A DNA stretch of 63,768 bases, filler included, from Phoronis australis (lineage: Eukaryota; Animalia; Phoronida): NCBI GenBank assembly GCA_002633005.1. It is 7 parts of 7 records of this genome, joined end to end, with 100 filler letters (N's around TTAATTAATTAA, not from the genome) between each part and the next. Parts side by side here need not be neighbours in the genome. Positions count along the whole stretch, not along the records: positions 46,207 to 54,383 come from NMRA01001927.1; positions 54,484 to 61,144 come from NMRA01001660.1; positions 61,245 to 63,768 come from NMRA01002085.1; 4 more parts are not named here. One strand, 5' to 3'. Position numbers and translations under genes: made by a program. Below are positions 47,682 through 61,800 of the stretch, piece after piece (the stretch's first letter is position 1; every line of letters starts with the position of its first letter). The notes beneath the pieces are model-generated. The model was not told where the DNA came from. It saw nothing but the letters and a program-made list of their open reading frames with translations, and searched no databases.

Positions 47682-50600
47682 TCCAAACCTGCAGAAAATG
47701 TAATTAATCTATAAAAACATAGCACTCATACAACAATATTATGTTAGCAGTTAATTAAAGCCACATTACCTCAATTTAAAAAAAATTAATTAAGCTAGTT
47801 AGCCCTATCCAAATGCACTTTTTTACCGTGACAGTACATTAAAACCTTGGGCAGAGTTTAATTGAAGCGTCTCAAATTTCAGCGACCTCGCCATCCAAAG
47901 TGACTGATGTATTAGTTTTCACATATCGCTAATTATATCCTAGAAAATCAGTTGCTTTGAAAATCTCAGCAATGACCAGTCAATTAAATGGTGAAGAAGA
48001 TGTCACCTAGCCAGGTAATTTGCAAGTCCATGACAGTGATGTTGTTAATTTGCATGTTTTTTATTTCACGAAGTGGAGAGGATGCGCTTTAAACTGGGTG
48101 CTATGAACCCGCTCTCATCACAGAAATTAACTTTTGGTTTAAACCACTATCCGCTATGAAACTGATCTCAAATTGTCCCTCAATAAAAACGGAGATGATT
48201 CCAGGGATTTGAAATAAATGACATGTCGTCAGTGCTGGAGACTAGGGTATACAATATGTTGGCTTGTCACGACCGCCGTGTCATTTTATGCGCTTAGCGG
48301 CAATGTCTCGACGAATAACCAACTGTCAGCTCGTTGCAATTTCAGAAATCACGTCTCATCTTAGCATGGAATACGTCGAGACCAATTTTATAACGGCAAG
48401 AAGTCTAAATTTAAGGTCCGCGGAATTACAATCGCTTTAACCTTAAGTGGATCCAGTGTCGTAGTTTTTTCATCGTTCATAAACACATCCAACGTCTTGA
48501 GATCAACGCGGCGCTCATTTGAAGTAAAAAATAACTTCAGGAGGAGATTAAATGACATAAACGCTCTGTTTACAATCTCACAGCAGAGGGTATTCTAGAT
48601 TTTGTTCTTGAACACCAAAATTATTTCTACAGGTTAAGAACAAAAGGTTGTTGACATAGGCGAAAACAAATGCCTTTGAAAAATTCACCCTCCTACGTCT
48701 TAAAATACTTACTTTTGTAAATTTTCTGAACTGTTTACAACAATTTCGCAGGTCGACCAAATGCCACTTTGTTTCAAAACTCCCTGTCTAGACCCATTTA
48801 TAGACACGCGTAGGGTTTCCCCAAAATGACGGAAACCCTTCTCTTCATATCTATTGGGCAGTTTACGGAGTGACGTCACTTGTTTATCGGGAATCACCAC
48901 TACTCATGTTGCCGGGTGTGCGATCATAGAAGTAAGTTTTACGACCAAATTTGTTTGATAACTCGGTCACAAAAGTTCATTCTACGGAAAGTAGAGAGTT
49001 AGGAATGACCTAAATTTCTTGTATCACAGGGTATTACAGAAGTTCATTCTATGGAATGTCGAGACTTAGGTTTGACCTAAATTTCTTGTGTCACAGCGCC
49101 GCACCAGGCTGACCGAGCCCAAACATCCGTGTTCAATCGGGGTTCATTTCCGTCTGGCCAAGACTCAGTCGACGCGTATTTGGATCTGCGGCAGGGCATG
49201 ATGTGCACTTTGGAGGTTTACGGATACATATTACAACGAAAGGTGTGTCTGTGCCCTCCTTGCGACGGGCAAGACCCGCCAATTGCACACATTCCCATGA
49301 TCCAACCCATGTCCTATCTCCAATTATCCGGGAATGCTACTGTTTAGCACATCAGAATTTTTTATTATTCACTGTAACACCAGGAAGATAAATCCTTGAG
49401 TCACGTATACTACGGAATACTGTGTATTGCTGTTGTTATACATTCAGCGTATAGTACAACGTTGTTGTTGCTGAGTAGATTTGTTTGTTCAACGTAAGTC
49501 GAACACGTAATGCCGTACACTCCATGACGGCGACATCCCATTGCTCCCAACTTGTTCGAAGTTTACCCCCGTAGCCAATATCTTACACGACTGATTAACT
49601 CCAGTCTGGCATTTATGGTTGAAGGGCCTGCGCTCTTTTGTTCGATAATTGCTCTAATCTCCGATCAGATCATACCTAGTCTGACTGGGCTGGGCTGATA
49701 AAAATGAAAGTTAAGTTATAACATATTTGAGCTTACAATAGCATTTCTGAATTCCTCGTCAAATGCTGAACATGTTAAGTTTTTGAATCACCAAAATCGC
49801 CCAACTACAACAGAATTTAAGACTATTCTGTCCAAACGGATTAACAACGCACTAGGTTTGACTGTGTTCTGAATACGCGTTCGGTAATAGCGTGCAACCA
49901 CCATACGTTTCCTTTGAAGCTTGGGAGATAATCGGCCTGCTTGTTATCATACGGGACACAAGACTGAGCTGGGCAGTTAACAAAAGAGCCAGATGTTATC
50001 GCACGTTCAGCATCCCTCACGTCTGGAAAAGTTACTGAACTACAGAACGCTGTAATGAAAGTCAAACCTCTACTGAATACCAATACACAAGAGTGAATGG
50101 ATATTGTAAAATAAATATATTTATTTCATTTGTATTTCTATGGTGTATTTGTATAGTGAGGTGATCCAGTAAATCGTTGAAAGCCTCAGAAGTCCGTCCT
50201 ATAATCCTTATAAAATGTTCACTTCTTTACAAACAGAAACTGCTTATAAGTAATGTGAGTTTTCGCTCTTTCTTTGTCCACATGTCACTGTGCTGACTTG
50301 GTTTTTGCTGCGGATGACACGACTACGAGAGCCGAATACTCCGATAAGGAATAATGGCTGCGAATAATGAGCACGGTTTAAGACAATTCGTTGCCGGAAG
50401 ACTTTTCTAACTGACAAACATCGTTATTGGTGGCAACTTTCTCCATCTGCTGAAGGCACACTCAAAATATTGAACCAGGAAATAGGCTATGTCACTTATG
50501 TGGAGTCAATGCTTCACTAAATCAAAACTGATGTTTTTTTGTTGCTGTACTCTATATCACGACTAGAAAACGATATAATGAGGCCAACAACTTGCATTCT

Positions 50601-50694
50601 ACTTTCTGAATTTTTGTGACGTAGATACATGTTTAAGCTTATTTTTTATTGTGTAATTAGTTCAGGCAGCTTTCTGTTTTTTGTTCATGCAAAC

Positions 50695-50970
50695 TGAAAA
50701 AAGTGGGGGGCTAAAGCCCCTCAGCACCCCTATATTGCACCGCCTAGTATAGACCACATGCGGCGTAGCACTGAAAAAAGTGGGGGCTACGGTCCCCTCC
50801 CCACATGGGCGGCGCAGCACTAAAAAAGTGGGGGGGGGGGGGGNGACCCCCGGGGTTCACCGCCTAGAGACCATGTGCGGCGTAGCATTAAAAGAAGTGG
50901 GGCTATAGTCCCCCAGTCCCCTATTGTGCGCCGCCCATGTCCCAGCCCCGTATGGTGCGCCGCCCATGTC
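50695..50970. repeat. Tandem degenerate copies of a G-rich hAT-MITE-like end motif
   Basis: Repeated aaaaagtggggg(c)ta...cccc...cgcc(gcccatg) units. Confidence 0.55.
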
Positions 50971-52639
50971 GAAATGAAGCATTTTTAAACACAAGGCTGG
51001 GGTATTGTTAAACGCTGCTTTGTAATCGGTGACATAAGTCCAATGGGCTTGTACGTTTTTAAATTTTGAATTAATTGTTTAAATTAAAGTGCGTGTCATC
51101 TTAATAAACAGATAATGCCACTACTACTGCGACTATTACTATACTGGTATCACCATAGTCACATCGCAGCAGAGGATTTTTTTACCGTTCGTTGTGAAAT
51201 ATTTACGTATTGTTTTAGGTGACTAGAACGAATGTTATCCCCACCAACGCCAGGATCAGTAGCTGAATATTGTTTATAGTTAGCTTATTCACTAAACTTG
51301 ACTGCAATACATACAGCCCAAGTTATATAACTATTAGGTACACGTGGTCCTAACCAGAGCATCCCCCGTTCAGGGCCTTCAAGGAAGATGCACGGACTCG
51401 TGGCACTCCAGGTCTAATTATAATGCACCGCTCGGGAATTTTCAAACTCATCGAACTATTGAAAAGGGAACAAATAAAAGGGCATTTAATTCATAAGCCA
51501 ACACAAGCGTGTATTACCTTTGCTTCAGCAGCGACCTTGATCGGTTCAGATTATTTCAGACGTGATGCGGTATTTTCAGACAAAAACATGACCTTATCTC
51601 ATAATATCAGAGATGAAGAGCAATGACAAGCAACCATTGCTGCTTTTGATTACTATGGATCCTTTCTATCCGTTCTCATCCTTTGCCGAACTATTTTTGA
51701 GCGGTCACTCACGAAATACCTTCGATTTCCACGATATGATATTGCCAGTTAAAGGTGAGCCGACTCGAGACAGTCTCCACCTTGTGACTAGATAAAATAC
51801 TACAAACTGACTGGCTGACCACCACTCGACGTCAACCAACTCCCGTGAAGCGAACAAAACAAGAGGCAAACACGTAAAAAAGTGAAAACATATGACGGTT
51901 AACCAACTTCAATGCGAATAGAGATACTGGTGATTGGTCGGAGTGGCTGGAAAGTTGAGTTGTGGAGAAAGATGTAAGCACGCTATTTACGCCCGATCCC
52001 AAGATTTCTCCCTCCAGTACCTCGAGTCTTGCAGCTCTGTTGAACACGTTTGGAACGTTCTGACTCACTGAGAGATATGATTTTTCCAACACGTGACTTT
52101 TTAACGATACATCTGTAGGATGACCACGTTTAGGAGTGATTCAATAAAGACCAATTTTAGGCTCGTCAAGCTAACGACCTCAAATGCTAAACTCGAGTGT
52201 CTCCCACTTCGCACTGGCTCAATGTGCCACCTGTTGTGCCGATCGACAGACTTGACCAACAGCTGTATCGGCTCCCGATTTAAAACGCCAAAATGACACA
52301 AGCCACACCAGCAGAAATCCCTCCTAATCGGTAAGGATTGAAAGGCTCGCCATTTCCACTTTTCCTGTCTTGATTGTCTTCACTTTCGTTTGCGTCTTCG
52401 ATAAGTTTTACTCTCGACAACCACTCCATAAAATTTCAAGATGTGCAGGTGGGGTTGGGCCTTCAAAAAATTCATCTACCGGCATGCTCGACACTACAAC
52501 CACTTGGGTGACATTCTTTAAAGAAGAACAATTCACTAGATTGCCGTAAGAGTATTCGAGTACTACGGTGAACCTGGGATCTCGTGAGACGTGCGTATCG
52601 ATGACGTTACGTGCCAGTTCCACAGTTGCATATTGGAGA

Positions 52640-54130
52640 ACTTCGCTAACGACAGACAAAATCGGGGGATAGAAATGATTCAATGTTTTTTACGTGTTTT
52701 AATGATGTTGTCTGTTCAACTGCAGGTTGAAAGTCTGAAAGCTCGGGCCATAAGATAGATTTGTACCTGAAAGGCGCGTAACAGGCAGTTACAGTGCAGT
52801 GGGTGGATAGACACAGAAAAGAAACGGACCCGGTTTTTACTGCTCACTGACCGCTATCAAGATGTCCAATGGGAGAACGTCCATAGTGTTATCACGAAAA
52901 AACAAACGTTGCAATTATTTATATTTTTCAAGGCTCCTTCCTCAATTCTTTTTACGCCACAGTATTCCATTTCAAGAATTTCAAGACAAGAAAACCGAAT
53001 ACGCCATGACTTATTATTCGAATTCTGTTTCCAGACAAGATACAGTCAGTTCCGCAAAGAAGTCAAACTATTGAAGGCAGTTTTGCCAATGTACTCAATG
53101 TGAGCATTGGACATGCGCAGTTGTCAAATCTTTGGCAGCACCGAAAACATTTTGTCCGTCACGGAAGCGAGATTGTTACCGCTTACGTTTAGGACAATAA
53201 GGGCGATTATTCTGAAGGTCGTAAAACTTCCAGCATAGTTATTCTAAATGTCACTCAAATCGGATAGGTTGCAGTCCGACAGTTCCAAGTAAACAAGGTT
53301 TCGCAGATTTTCAATAAATGTCTTTGAAACGACATACTGCTCAAAATTTCCTTTCACTTTCAGTCTACAGACATTCGTAAGAGAGGGCACGTTACATCAA
53401 TGTCACATTTAGGTTGCTAATGTCAACTTGGGCATTTGGAAAAAGTAAGAGAGAAGCGAATTGTATACTTCTAACTGGATTGCCGTCTATCGCCAAGGAT
53501 AGGGTTTGTTTTGGTCTCACAAAATCTGCAGAAGCTATTGTGGAAATCTTATTGCCACGGAAATAAAGAAATTTCAAGGCTGTTAAGTCTTCAAAATATT
53601 GGTAGCCGAGAGAAATTAGGTCGTTGAGACTTAGGTCAAATACATACAGTTTGAAGAGATCTCTAAGCATTTCGCGATGACATTTCATTTTGTAATTCTA
53701 TTTGAAAGATATAGATGTTCCAGTGCTCTCATGTCCAATAATGACCCTTCCTCTATTGTCGTTATTCTGTTGCGATCTCGCGCGAGTAATCGTAGAGATT
53801 CCAGACAAGCGAACGTAGACCTGTTTACCATTTTCAGCCTGTTTTCATTGAGTGAAAGCCCTTCAGTCGAAGAGAGCAGAAATCGCCGATTTCAAGTTCT
53901 AAAATCCAGTTGCCAAAGGATTAGGTCTATAATGACAAAATAGCTAGAAGAAACACACCCAGCCTCCAGTTTCTACAAGTGATTGTGCATTAAATCCAGG
54001 TACTGCACTGAGGGTAGCACTAAGCCATAAATCTCACTTATGGAATTGTTTCTCAAAGTCAAAACAACTAAAGTTCCCAATCCATGAAAAACGTCCTGGT
54101 GCACTGCGGTTACATTACGGCGTTTTCCCG
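52640..54130 (-). pseudogene. Decayed leucine-rich-repeat receptor-type gene
   Basis: LRR units in several frames (LVVLTLRNNSISEI, VQYLDLMHNHL, LYVFDLSLNDL, LKFLYFRGNKI, LAIDGNPV) and an LRRCT-like HPLHCNC near 52805, interrupted by stops and frameshifts. Confidence 0.75.
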
Positions 54131-54383
54131 TTGCTCCCAACTTGTTCGATTCTATGCCCAACAACAAGTTGGGAAGTTTACCCCTGAAGCCAATATCTTA
54201 CACGACTGGTTAACTCCATTCTGGCATTTAGGGTTGGAGGGCCATCTCTCTTTTGTTCGACAATTGCTCTAATCTCCAGTGAGATCATATCTAGCCTGAC
54301 TGAGCTGTGCTGCTAAAAATAAAAGTTAAGTTATAACATATTTGAACATAAATTGACCAATAGTATTTCTGAAATCCTCGTCA

Positions 54384-54483
54384 NNNNNNNNNNNNNNNNN
54401 NNNNNNNNNNNNNNNNNNNNNNNNNNNTTAATTAATTAANNNNNNNNNNNNNNNNNNNNNNNNNNNNNNNNNNNNNNNNNNNN
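54384..54483. other. Artificial contig linker
   Basis: N44-TTAATTAATTAA-N44. Confidence 0.98.
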
Positions 54484-54725
54484 CACTTATCAGAGTGTCA
54501 AGTACTTCATAAGTGTAAATGCTTATTCTCCACATGTGCATATCACTTATCAGAGTGTCAAGTACTTCATAAGTGTAAATGCTTATTCTCCACATGTGCA
54601 CACCACTTATCAGAGTGTCAAGTACTTCATAAGTGTAAACGGTTATTCTCCAAATGTGCACACCACTTATCATAGTGTCAAGTACTTCATAAGTATAAAA
54701 TTTATATGGTTATTCTCCACATGTG
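54484..54725. repeat. 60-bp tandem repeat, ~4 copies (about 2 copies in the duplicate at 55409-55530)
   Basis: Unit cacttatcagagtgtcaagtacttcataagtgtaaatgcttattctccacatgtgcacac. Confidence 0.92.
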
Positions 54726-54812
54726 CAATGCAACCTTGAAGTATGGTAAAATGTGTCCACTTTGGGACAGAGAAAATTTTATCATTTCGCTCAAGGTTGG
54801 AACTTGTCACAA

Positions 54813-54925
54813 ATAAGTATGGTATGGCTATAACACAGATAAGTATGGTATGGCTATAACACAGATAAGTATGGTATGGCTATAACACAGATAAGTATGG
54901 TATGGCTATAACAGTATGGCTATAG
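54813..54925. repeat. 26-bp tandem repeat (second array at 55618-55755)
   Basis: Unit ataagtatggtatggctataacacag. Confidence 0.92.
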
Positions 54926-54949
54926 CACACACAACTTTCATGGTAATCA

Positions 54950-55170
<221 letters not shown>

Positions 55171-55780
55171 NCATGGAGACTACAACACACAACAAGAGTC
55201 CTTACATGACACATGGAGACTACAACACACAACAAGAGTCCTTACATCAACACTGATAATAGGAAATGGTCAACTTTCAAGTCACTGAAGTTCTAGAGGT
55301 CGGGCTGTCCACGTGAGAATAAATTTCAAACTGTTTTTGAAATTACTGTGTCTAAATGTACAAACAGATTTAACAGAGGAGCCATCAAGTTTATCTCCAA
55401 CAGTCAACCACTTATCAGAATGTCAAGTACTTCATAAGTGTAAATGGTTATTCTCCACATGTACACACCACTTATCATAGTGTCAAGTACTTCATGAGTA
55501 TAAAATTTATATGGTTATTCTCCACATGTGCACAGCAACCTTGAAGTATGGTAAAATGTGTCCACTTTGGGACAGAGAAAATTTTATCATTTCGCTCAAG
55601 GTTGGAACTTGTCACAAATAAGAATGGTATGGCTATAACACAGATAAGTATGGTAGGGCTATAACACTGATAAGTATGGTATGGCTATAACACAGATAAG
55701 TATGGTATGGCTATAACACTGATAAGTATGGTATGGCTATAACAGTATGGCTATAGCACACACAACTTTCATGGTAATCA

Positions 55781-56065
<285 letters not shown>

Positions 56066-56280
56066 TCAGATTTTCACAAATTAACGATTATTCACAACAC
56101 CATTATCACATGTACAAAAAATACAGGATTTAGGGAGTTGTTGTTATTGTATGGTTTAGATAGCAAAATGGTGTTGTTTCTAATCAAAACTATACAAAGA
56201 CCTGTTTGAGAATACTTGTTTAATCGTACCACATTAGTGTGACGATGATGAATAGCTGTGGTGAAAAATACACCAGTCTG

Positions 56281-56552
56281 GTACACTGTCAGAGGGAGGA
56301 CAAGGAAAGTGTACACTGTCAGAGGGAGGACTAGGAAAGTGTACACTGTCAGAGGGAGGACTAGGAAAGTGTACACTGTTGGAGGGAGGGCTGGGAAAGT
56401 GTACACTGTCAGAGGGAGGACTGGGAAAGTGTACACTGTCAGAGGGAGGACTAGGAAAGTGTACACTGTTGGAGGGAGGGCTGGGAAAGTGTACACTGTT
56501 GGAGGGAGGGCTCGGAAAGTGTACACTGTTGGAGGGAGGGCTGGGAAAGTGT
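56281..56552. repeat. 30-bp G-rich minisatellite, ~9 copies, in a PKN intron
   Basis: Unit gtacactgt(ca/tg)gagggagg(a/g)ct(a/g)ggaaagt. Confidence 0.95.
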
Positions 56553-56793
56553 GTGCTTTAAACGTTGTCTGAGGAACACAGCTGGGACAAGCGTGCATTT
56601 TGTACACTGTTGCAGAGAAAGGGATGGGAAAATGTTTGTTTTATAAATTGCTGAAGGGAGAGGGCTTAAAACCTAATCAAATGTGCATGCAGTCAGTTCA
56701 GTCACAAATAATTGACCTCTGTATGCAAATATTACACACACTGGACAAAGGACTCGGGACAATCCAAAAGTATGAGAGCGAACAGTTGTCTCA

Positions 56794-56946
<153 letters not shown>

Positions 56947-57079
56947 CTAAGAAGAAAGAATGAGGAAACAACGATTAGACAAACGAACAATGATGGCAAA
57001 GAATTCCATCAGAAAAGTAGCTAACTTGTCTACGACATTCTACCAAATTGTCTTGGCAAATTAATACAAATTGTAATGG

Positions 57080-57268
57080 AAGCGTGCATACAATGGATGT
57101 CTTTAGGCATGCGTGTATACAACGGATGTTTTTAGGCATGTGTGTATACAATAGATGTATTTAGGGATGCTTGTATACAATGGATGTCTTTAGGCATGCG
57201 CGTATACAACGGATGTCTTTAGGCATGCGCGTATACAACGGATGTCTTTAGGCATGCGCGTATACAAC
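57080..57268. repeat. 29-bp minisatellite that resumes at 60931 after a ~3.7-kb interruption
   Basis: Unit gtatacaacggatgtctttaggcatgcgc. Confidence 0.9.
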
Positions 57269-59512
57269 CAGAAATTTGGAAATGCGAGCTGAGATTTTTG
57301 TCAGCTCGTATCAAGTCACTAAATGCGACCTGGAATTTCCAACTATACGAGCTGAGTTTTTACACTTCTCAGAAGAAACCTGTTTCCAGTTCAGTAACGC
57401 TAGGACCTCGCTAAAAAGCAAGACTTCGCGAGATTACGCGAGATATTGCCGTGCATTTTAAATGAGAGCACGTAACTTTGACTAGGTTTTAGCTAGGTTC
57501 TAGCATAGGTCCTAGCGTCTACTGAGCACACGCCTGGCAAATTTAAAGCAACTCTTGTTAATCCGACCGTTATTTGGTTGTTGCCAAATCCAAGTTCAAA
57601 AGAATGCCAACCGACAACAGCCCTCCCGATGACTTGTACACGTCAGCAAGTCGCGTGAAAATGGGATATGCAGAATCGATCTTTGTCGCGTTTCATTTGC
57701 TAACACTTTCGGCAACTTTTGCCAAGTTTCCGGAATCGGGCCGGAAAGTTTCGGGCCACTGCATAACACGTGATAAAATGTCACAACACGGCAGTGTTTC
57801 CACTTAATTCTTAAGCGATCAAACTTTGTGGTGAAAATATGTTTATTTTTTTGCGTAAGATGTCCTTGTTACATGTACCAAATATCCACGACAACATCCC
57901 TGATATTGCGGCACTGATCGGTCCGGTTGTTAGCGCAGACAATCGTGACTTAAAGATGTGCGTCTCATTTTTATTGCCTATGACAGCCAAAGTCAGGGAC
58001 GGATCCAGGATTTTTATTTGGGGNGTCTGCAACTGAATGTAAAAATGAAAACCCTATTAATTGCCAAAAGACGGCCACGTCTTTACTTTCAGTTACCAAG
58101 AAATTATCTAACCCCTTTACTTGTTTCTGGGGCTACATGCGCGAAATATGATTTAACTTTCACACGTTGCTGCCATCGTAAATAATGGGCGCACCCAGGG
58201 GGGATCGGGGGCTCGAACGAGCCCCCGAATTTGGCGAATTGGGCGAAAAATTTCGCCTCAGTGAAACAAAAAGTCCACCGCAAAGCCCACAGGAATTCGG
58301 CGCGGATGCACGATGTGCAAGCCTGAACCTACTGGTCCCGTTTTTTAGTCATCGTTGATTTTTTTCAGTAACAGGTCCGCATATGGAAGAATTCGAGCCC
58401 CCCTATATTTTAGGCTGGGTGTGCACATGTAAAGTGTAGGCCTGCTCCAGCGATTCAAGTGGGAGGACTTCAAAGCTGCAAATCAAAAGAGAACAGCTGC
58501 AGTCCTAAATGAAAAAGTATACCAGCTTGGCTCTGTTAAGCACCCGGGTACGTGCAAGTGGTTTATTTGAAAATGAGCTCATAGATTCCCGGCGGTTATA
58601 AAAGACCCGATGCTTTACGATATTCCCCGGGACCGATAGAATCCAGAACTGATATTTCCTGTGACGATGTTTCCCGAGGTCGATGTTCCCTAAACCCTAT
58701 ATTCTATGCCCATAGCCAGCTGTTGCAACTGAACGGGTACTAGATGTGAAATTGTGGTCGACGATTTTTTATTCTTCTCTTCATACACCCCCCTGGCAAG
58801 TTTTCGCTCCCCGGACCACCGTCACCGTAAAATGTTTCAGACTCTAATTGAAACAATCTTGTTCCAGCTGAAGCAGGCAATTAAAAACAAAGTTATTCCG
58901 GGTGGCTAAAAAGGGTACAATGTAGGTGGTAACGATATCCAGAAAGTCACCCCTATAATATTATAACGTTTCTTACCATTGCAGTCATTTAATATCTTGT
59001 TAACGCAAACACTCAGTAAACAACAATGCTCACGCACAAGCCTACTACCTACCCAGGCCTTCATGCAGTGTACGACATGGACGCCCTAGCACTAATGTGG
59101 ACACTCTGGCAAGGACGCCCAATGTATCATTTGGACGCCCTGTCAATCAGAATTTCTCCAGTTTGTACACCCACATTGTAAGATTACTAAGACTCCCAGT
59201 TAATCAAAGAGAGAAGGTGGCCCTTTCAACTCAGAAAGAAATATACAATGTATTTCAAATGTTGCAATGTTCAAACTATTTTCAAAGTATTTGGTAGACC
59301 TGTCAATCATTAGCACATGTTTGGTTGCCAGAGTGTCTGCTTTCAGTACACTCACGTGCCACTGCAATTCTGTACTTTATATAGGGACATGGACCTTGCT
59401 CAACTCCAAACTGGTGTTTCAGAGCTGTAGTTTAATCTACTTCATCTTTTTTTGAAAACACCAAAAGCGAAATAAATGTCATTATTTTAATAATATGATG
59501 TGCCGCAAGAAN

Positions 59513-59869
59513 CTATACTCTATGCCCATAGCCAGCTGTTGCAACCGAACGGGTACTAGATGTGAAATTGTGGTCGACGATTTTTTATTCTTCTCTTCAT
59601 ACACCCCCCTGGCAAGTTTTCGCTCCCCGGACCACCGTCACCGTAAAATGTTTCAGACTCTAATAGAAACAATCTTGTTCCAGCTGAAGCAGGCAATTAA
59701 AAACAAAGTTATTCCGGGTGGCTAAAAAGGGTACAATGTAGGTGGTAACGATATCCAGAAAGTCACCCCTATAATATTATAACGTTTCTTACCATTGCAG
59801 TCGTTTAATATCTTGTTAACGCAAACACTCAGTAAACGACAATGCTCACGCACAAGCCTACTACCTACC
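59513..59869. repeat. Near-identical duplicate of ~58697-59053, starting after a single N
   Basis: Colinear match from ctatgcccatagccagctg to ctactacctacc. Confidence 0.9.
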
Positions 59870-61144
59870 TTTGAAATGTTTTGTAATAAGTGGTCACTGA
59901 TTTACTAAGCGTTCTCCCTCAACCTTTGAGAATTTCCCATTAATCGCCCACGGTTCAGGATAGCGCCCATCATAGCGCACGACAAACGACCGCGCATGAT
60001 TAAAAATTGACACGCAGCCTATATAGTGTGTCACTCTCATTTTACACAACAAATTCAGTTTTCAAAAACATCTTTTCTCAATTATGTAAAAACCAAATCC
60101 CGGCTTTGTTTCATACCTGCTAAAGAAACTTTGTTAACACTAGTGACATGCGTGTCGTTTCGTGACTGACCTATTTTCCCCGTACTTGGAAGGTATTGAG
60201 GAGCAAACTCAAATTACGTGATGGAATCCCGCACGCAGTCGGGAATTATTTCGAGGCTATTCATTTCATAGAAAACGAATTGTTGAGTACGTAAACAGCA
60301 TAAATACCACATTTTTGTTATGAAATTTGCACTGAATTGTTCCCGCGCATCCAAATACGTTATTCGGTTAAGGCATCGTTTCACGTTTTTTTGTCAGATG
60401 TTTTTCAAATGTCGAGTTAAGTTGCAAAATTTGGGTTGCGGACAAAAAGTGGAGGGAATTTGCACTCCGAGTTAGTTAGGATCTTTAATGACTTTGATGA
60501 CACCTAGTATAAGGTCAGACCTAGCAAAATCGCGGATACTTTTTCAAGGGTCATTTTCTTCCTTTTCACATCGCAAACATTGATACTCGAACGCACGTGT
60601 TAGTTAGGGAGCACTGATTCAATTTTCACGTCGGCAACTTGCCTTGCGCTTCAGGGCCTTTCAATGGCGGTCGTGCAGAACAGTAATACCGTACCTGCAT
60701 CAACGAACTCAATTTTGTGATCTGAAATTTGTCAGTATTTAACGCTGCAGGTAAGAGCATAATCTAAACATTTTCTCGGTTATCTAAAAAATCGATTTTG
60801 GAGCGTAAAAATGGCAGGAAATTTTTGCGACCTGGCATTTATGAATGCGAGCTGGATTTTGAAAATGCGACCTGGGATTTTGGCTAGGTCGCAAAATGCG
60901 ATCTGGCGATTTGAATAGCGTCGAGCCCTGACAACGGATGTCTTTAGGCATGCGCGTATACAACGGATGTTTTTTTAAACATGCGCGTATACATCGGATG
61001 TGTTTAGGCATGTATGTATACAAGATATAATGCCTTTTTATTGTATATGGATTTCTTTAGGCACCCGTGTATACAAGATATAATGCCTTTTTATTGTATA
61101 TGGATTTCTTTAGGCACCCGTGTATACAAGATATAATGCCTTTT

Positions 61145-61244
61145 NNNNNNNNNNNNNNNNNNNNNNNNNNNNNNNNNNNNNNNNNNNNTTAATTAATTAA
61201 NNNNNNNNNNNNNNNNNNNNNNNNNNNNNNNNNNNNNNNNNNNN
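61145..61244. other. Artificial contig linker
   Basis: N44-TTAATTAATTAA-N44. Confidence 0.98.
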
Positions 61245-61312
61245 CGACCGGTAACCATTGCGGCGAATGGTAAAATGGCGGAGTGAACTCTCCTATACTC
61301 GTACACTCCTTG
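61245..61312. mobile_element. Terminus of a second copy of the P-like family at 11898
   Basis: Its reverse complement matches 11898-11965 (caaggagtgta...gagttcactccgccatttta.cattcgccg.aatg.ttaccggtcg). Confidence 0.85.
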
Positions 61313-61399
61313 ATTGAAGTGTCGGATAAAGCAGTTGTGATGTTCATTCACTTAAAAAGAACATGCACATATTGTTGAATTTGTCATTGTTTATATGGA

Positions 61400-61615
61400 T
61401 TTTAAAAATAATGTTGTCGACTTTTGTAATTATTGTTATTATTACATTTTCATTTTTATAATCATCATTATCAGTATTGTTATTTTTATTTGTATAATTA
61501 ATACTATTACAGTTAACATCATGAGTATCATCATTAATATAACAATAATGATAATTTTGATAATGATAATGATTATGATAATGATAATGGTAATAATAAT
61601 GATGATAACATATAA
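61400..61615. repeat. AT-rich (ATA/ATG/TTA)n low-complexity tract
   Basis: Degenerate trinucleotide repeats that generate the Ile/Met/His-rich pseudo-ORFs. Confidence 0.9.
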
Positions 61616-61728
61616 ATATGTAAATCTTAAACCGGCGTTGAAATGCATATCGCAACCATTTACATATTTACATGCACTCGGTAGTTCAAGGGCGAGATGT
61701 CTGCAACTACGTCGGATTATCGACCTAT

Positions 61729-61800
61729 GATTCCTATGGCTCAATGGACGAGAGCATCAGTACGGTTAGCAGAAGGTCCCGGATTTGAGTCCAAGTTGAG
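61729..61800 (+). mobile_element. tRNA-derived SINE-like head (degenerate)
   Basis: A-box TGGCTCAATGG and a decayed B-box GGATTTGAGTCC at tRNA-like spacing; no intact acceptor stem. Confidence 0.45.

Noticed and set aside
49100-50083. Possible CUB- or lectin-like coding remnants
   Set aside because: The resemblance is too weak and interrupted to support by eye.
56092-56607. 171-aa and overlapping repetitive ORFs
   Set aside because: Products of the 30-bp intronic minisatellite.
57574-58036. Cluster of overlapping ORFs, possible transposase remnant
   Set aside because: No catalytic or family motif identified.
61344-61744. His/Ile/Met-rich ORFs
   Set aside because: Low-complexity trinucleotide tract.
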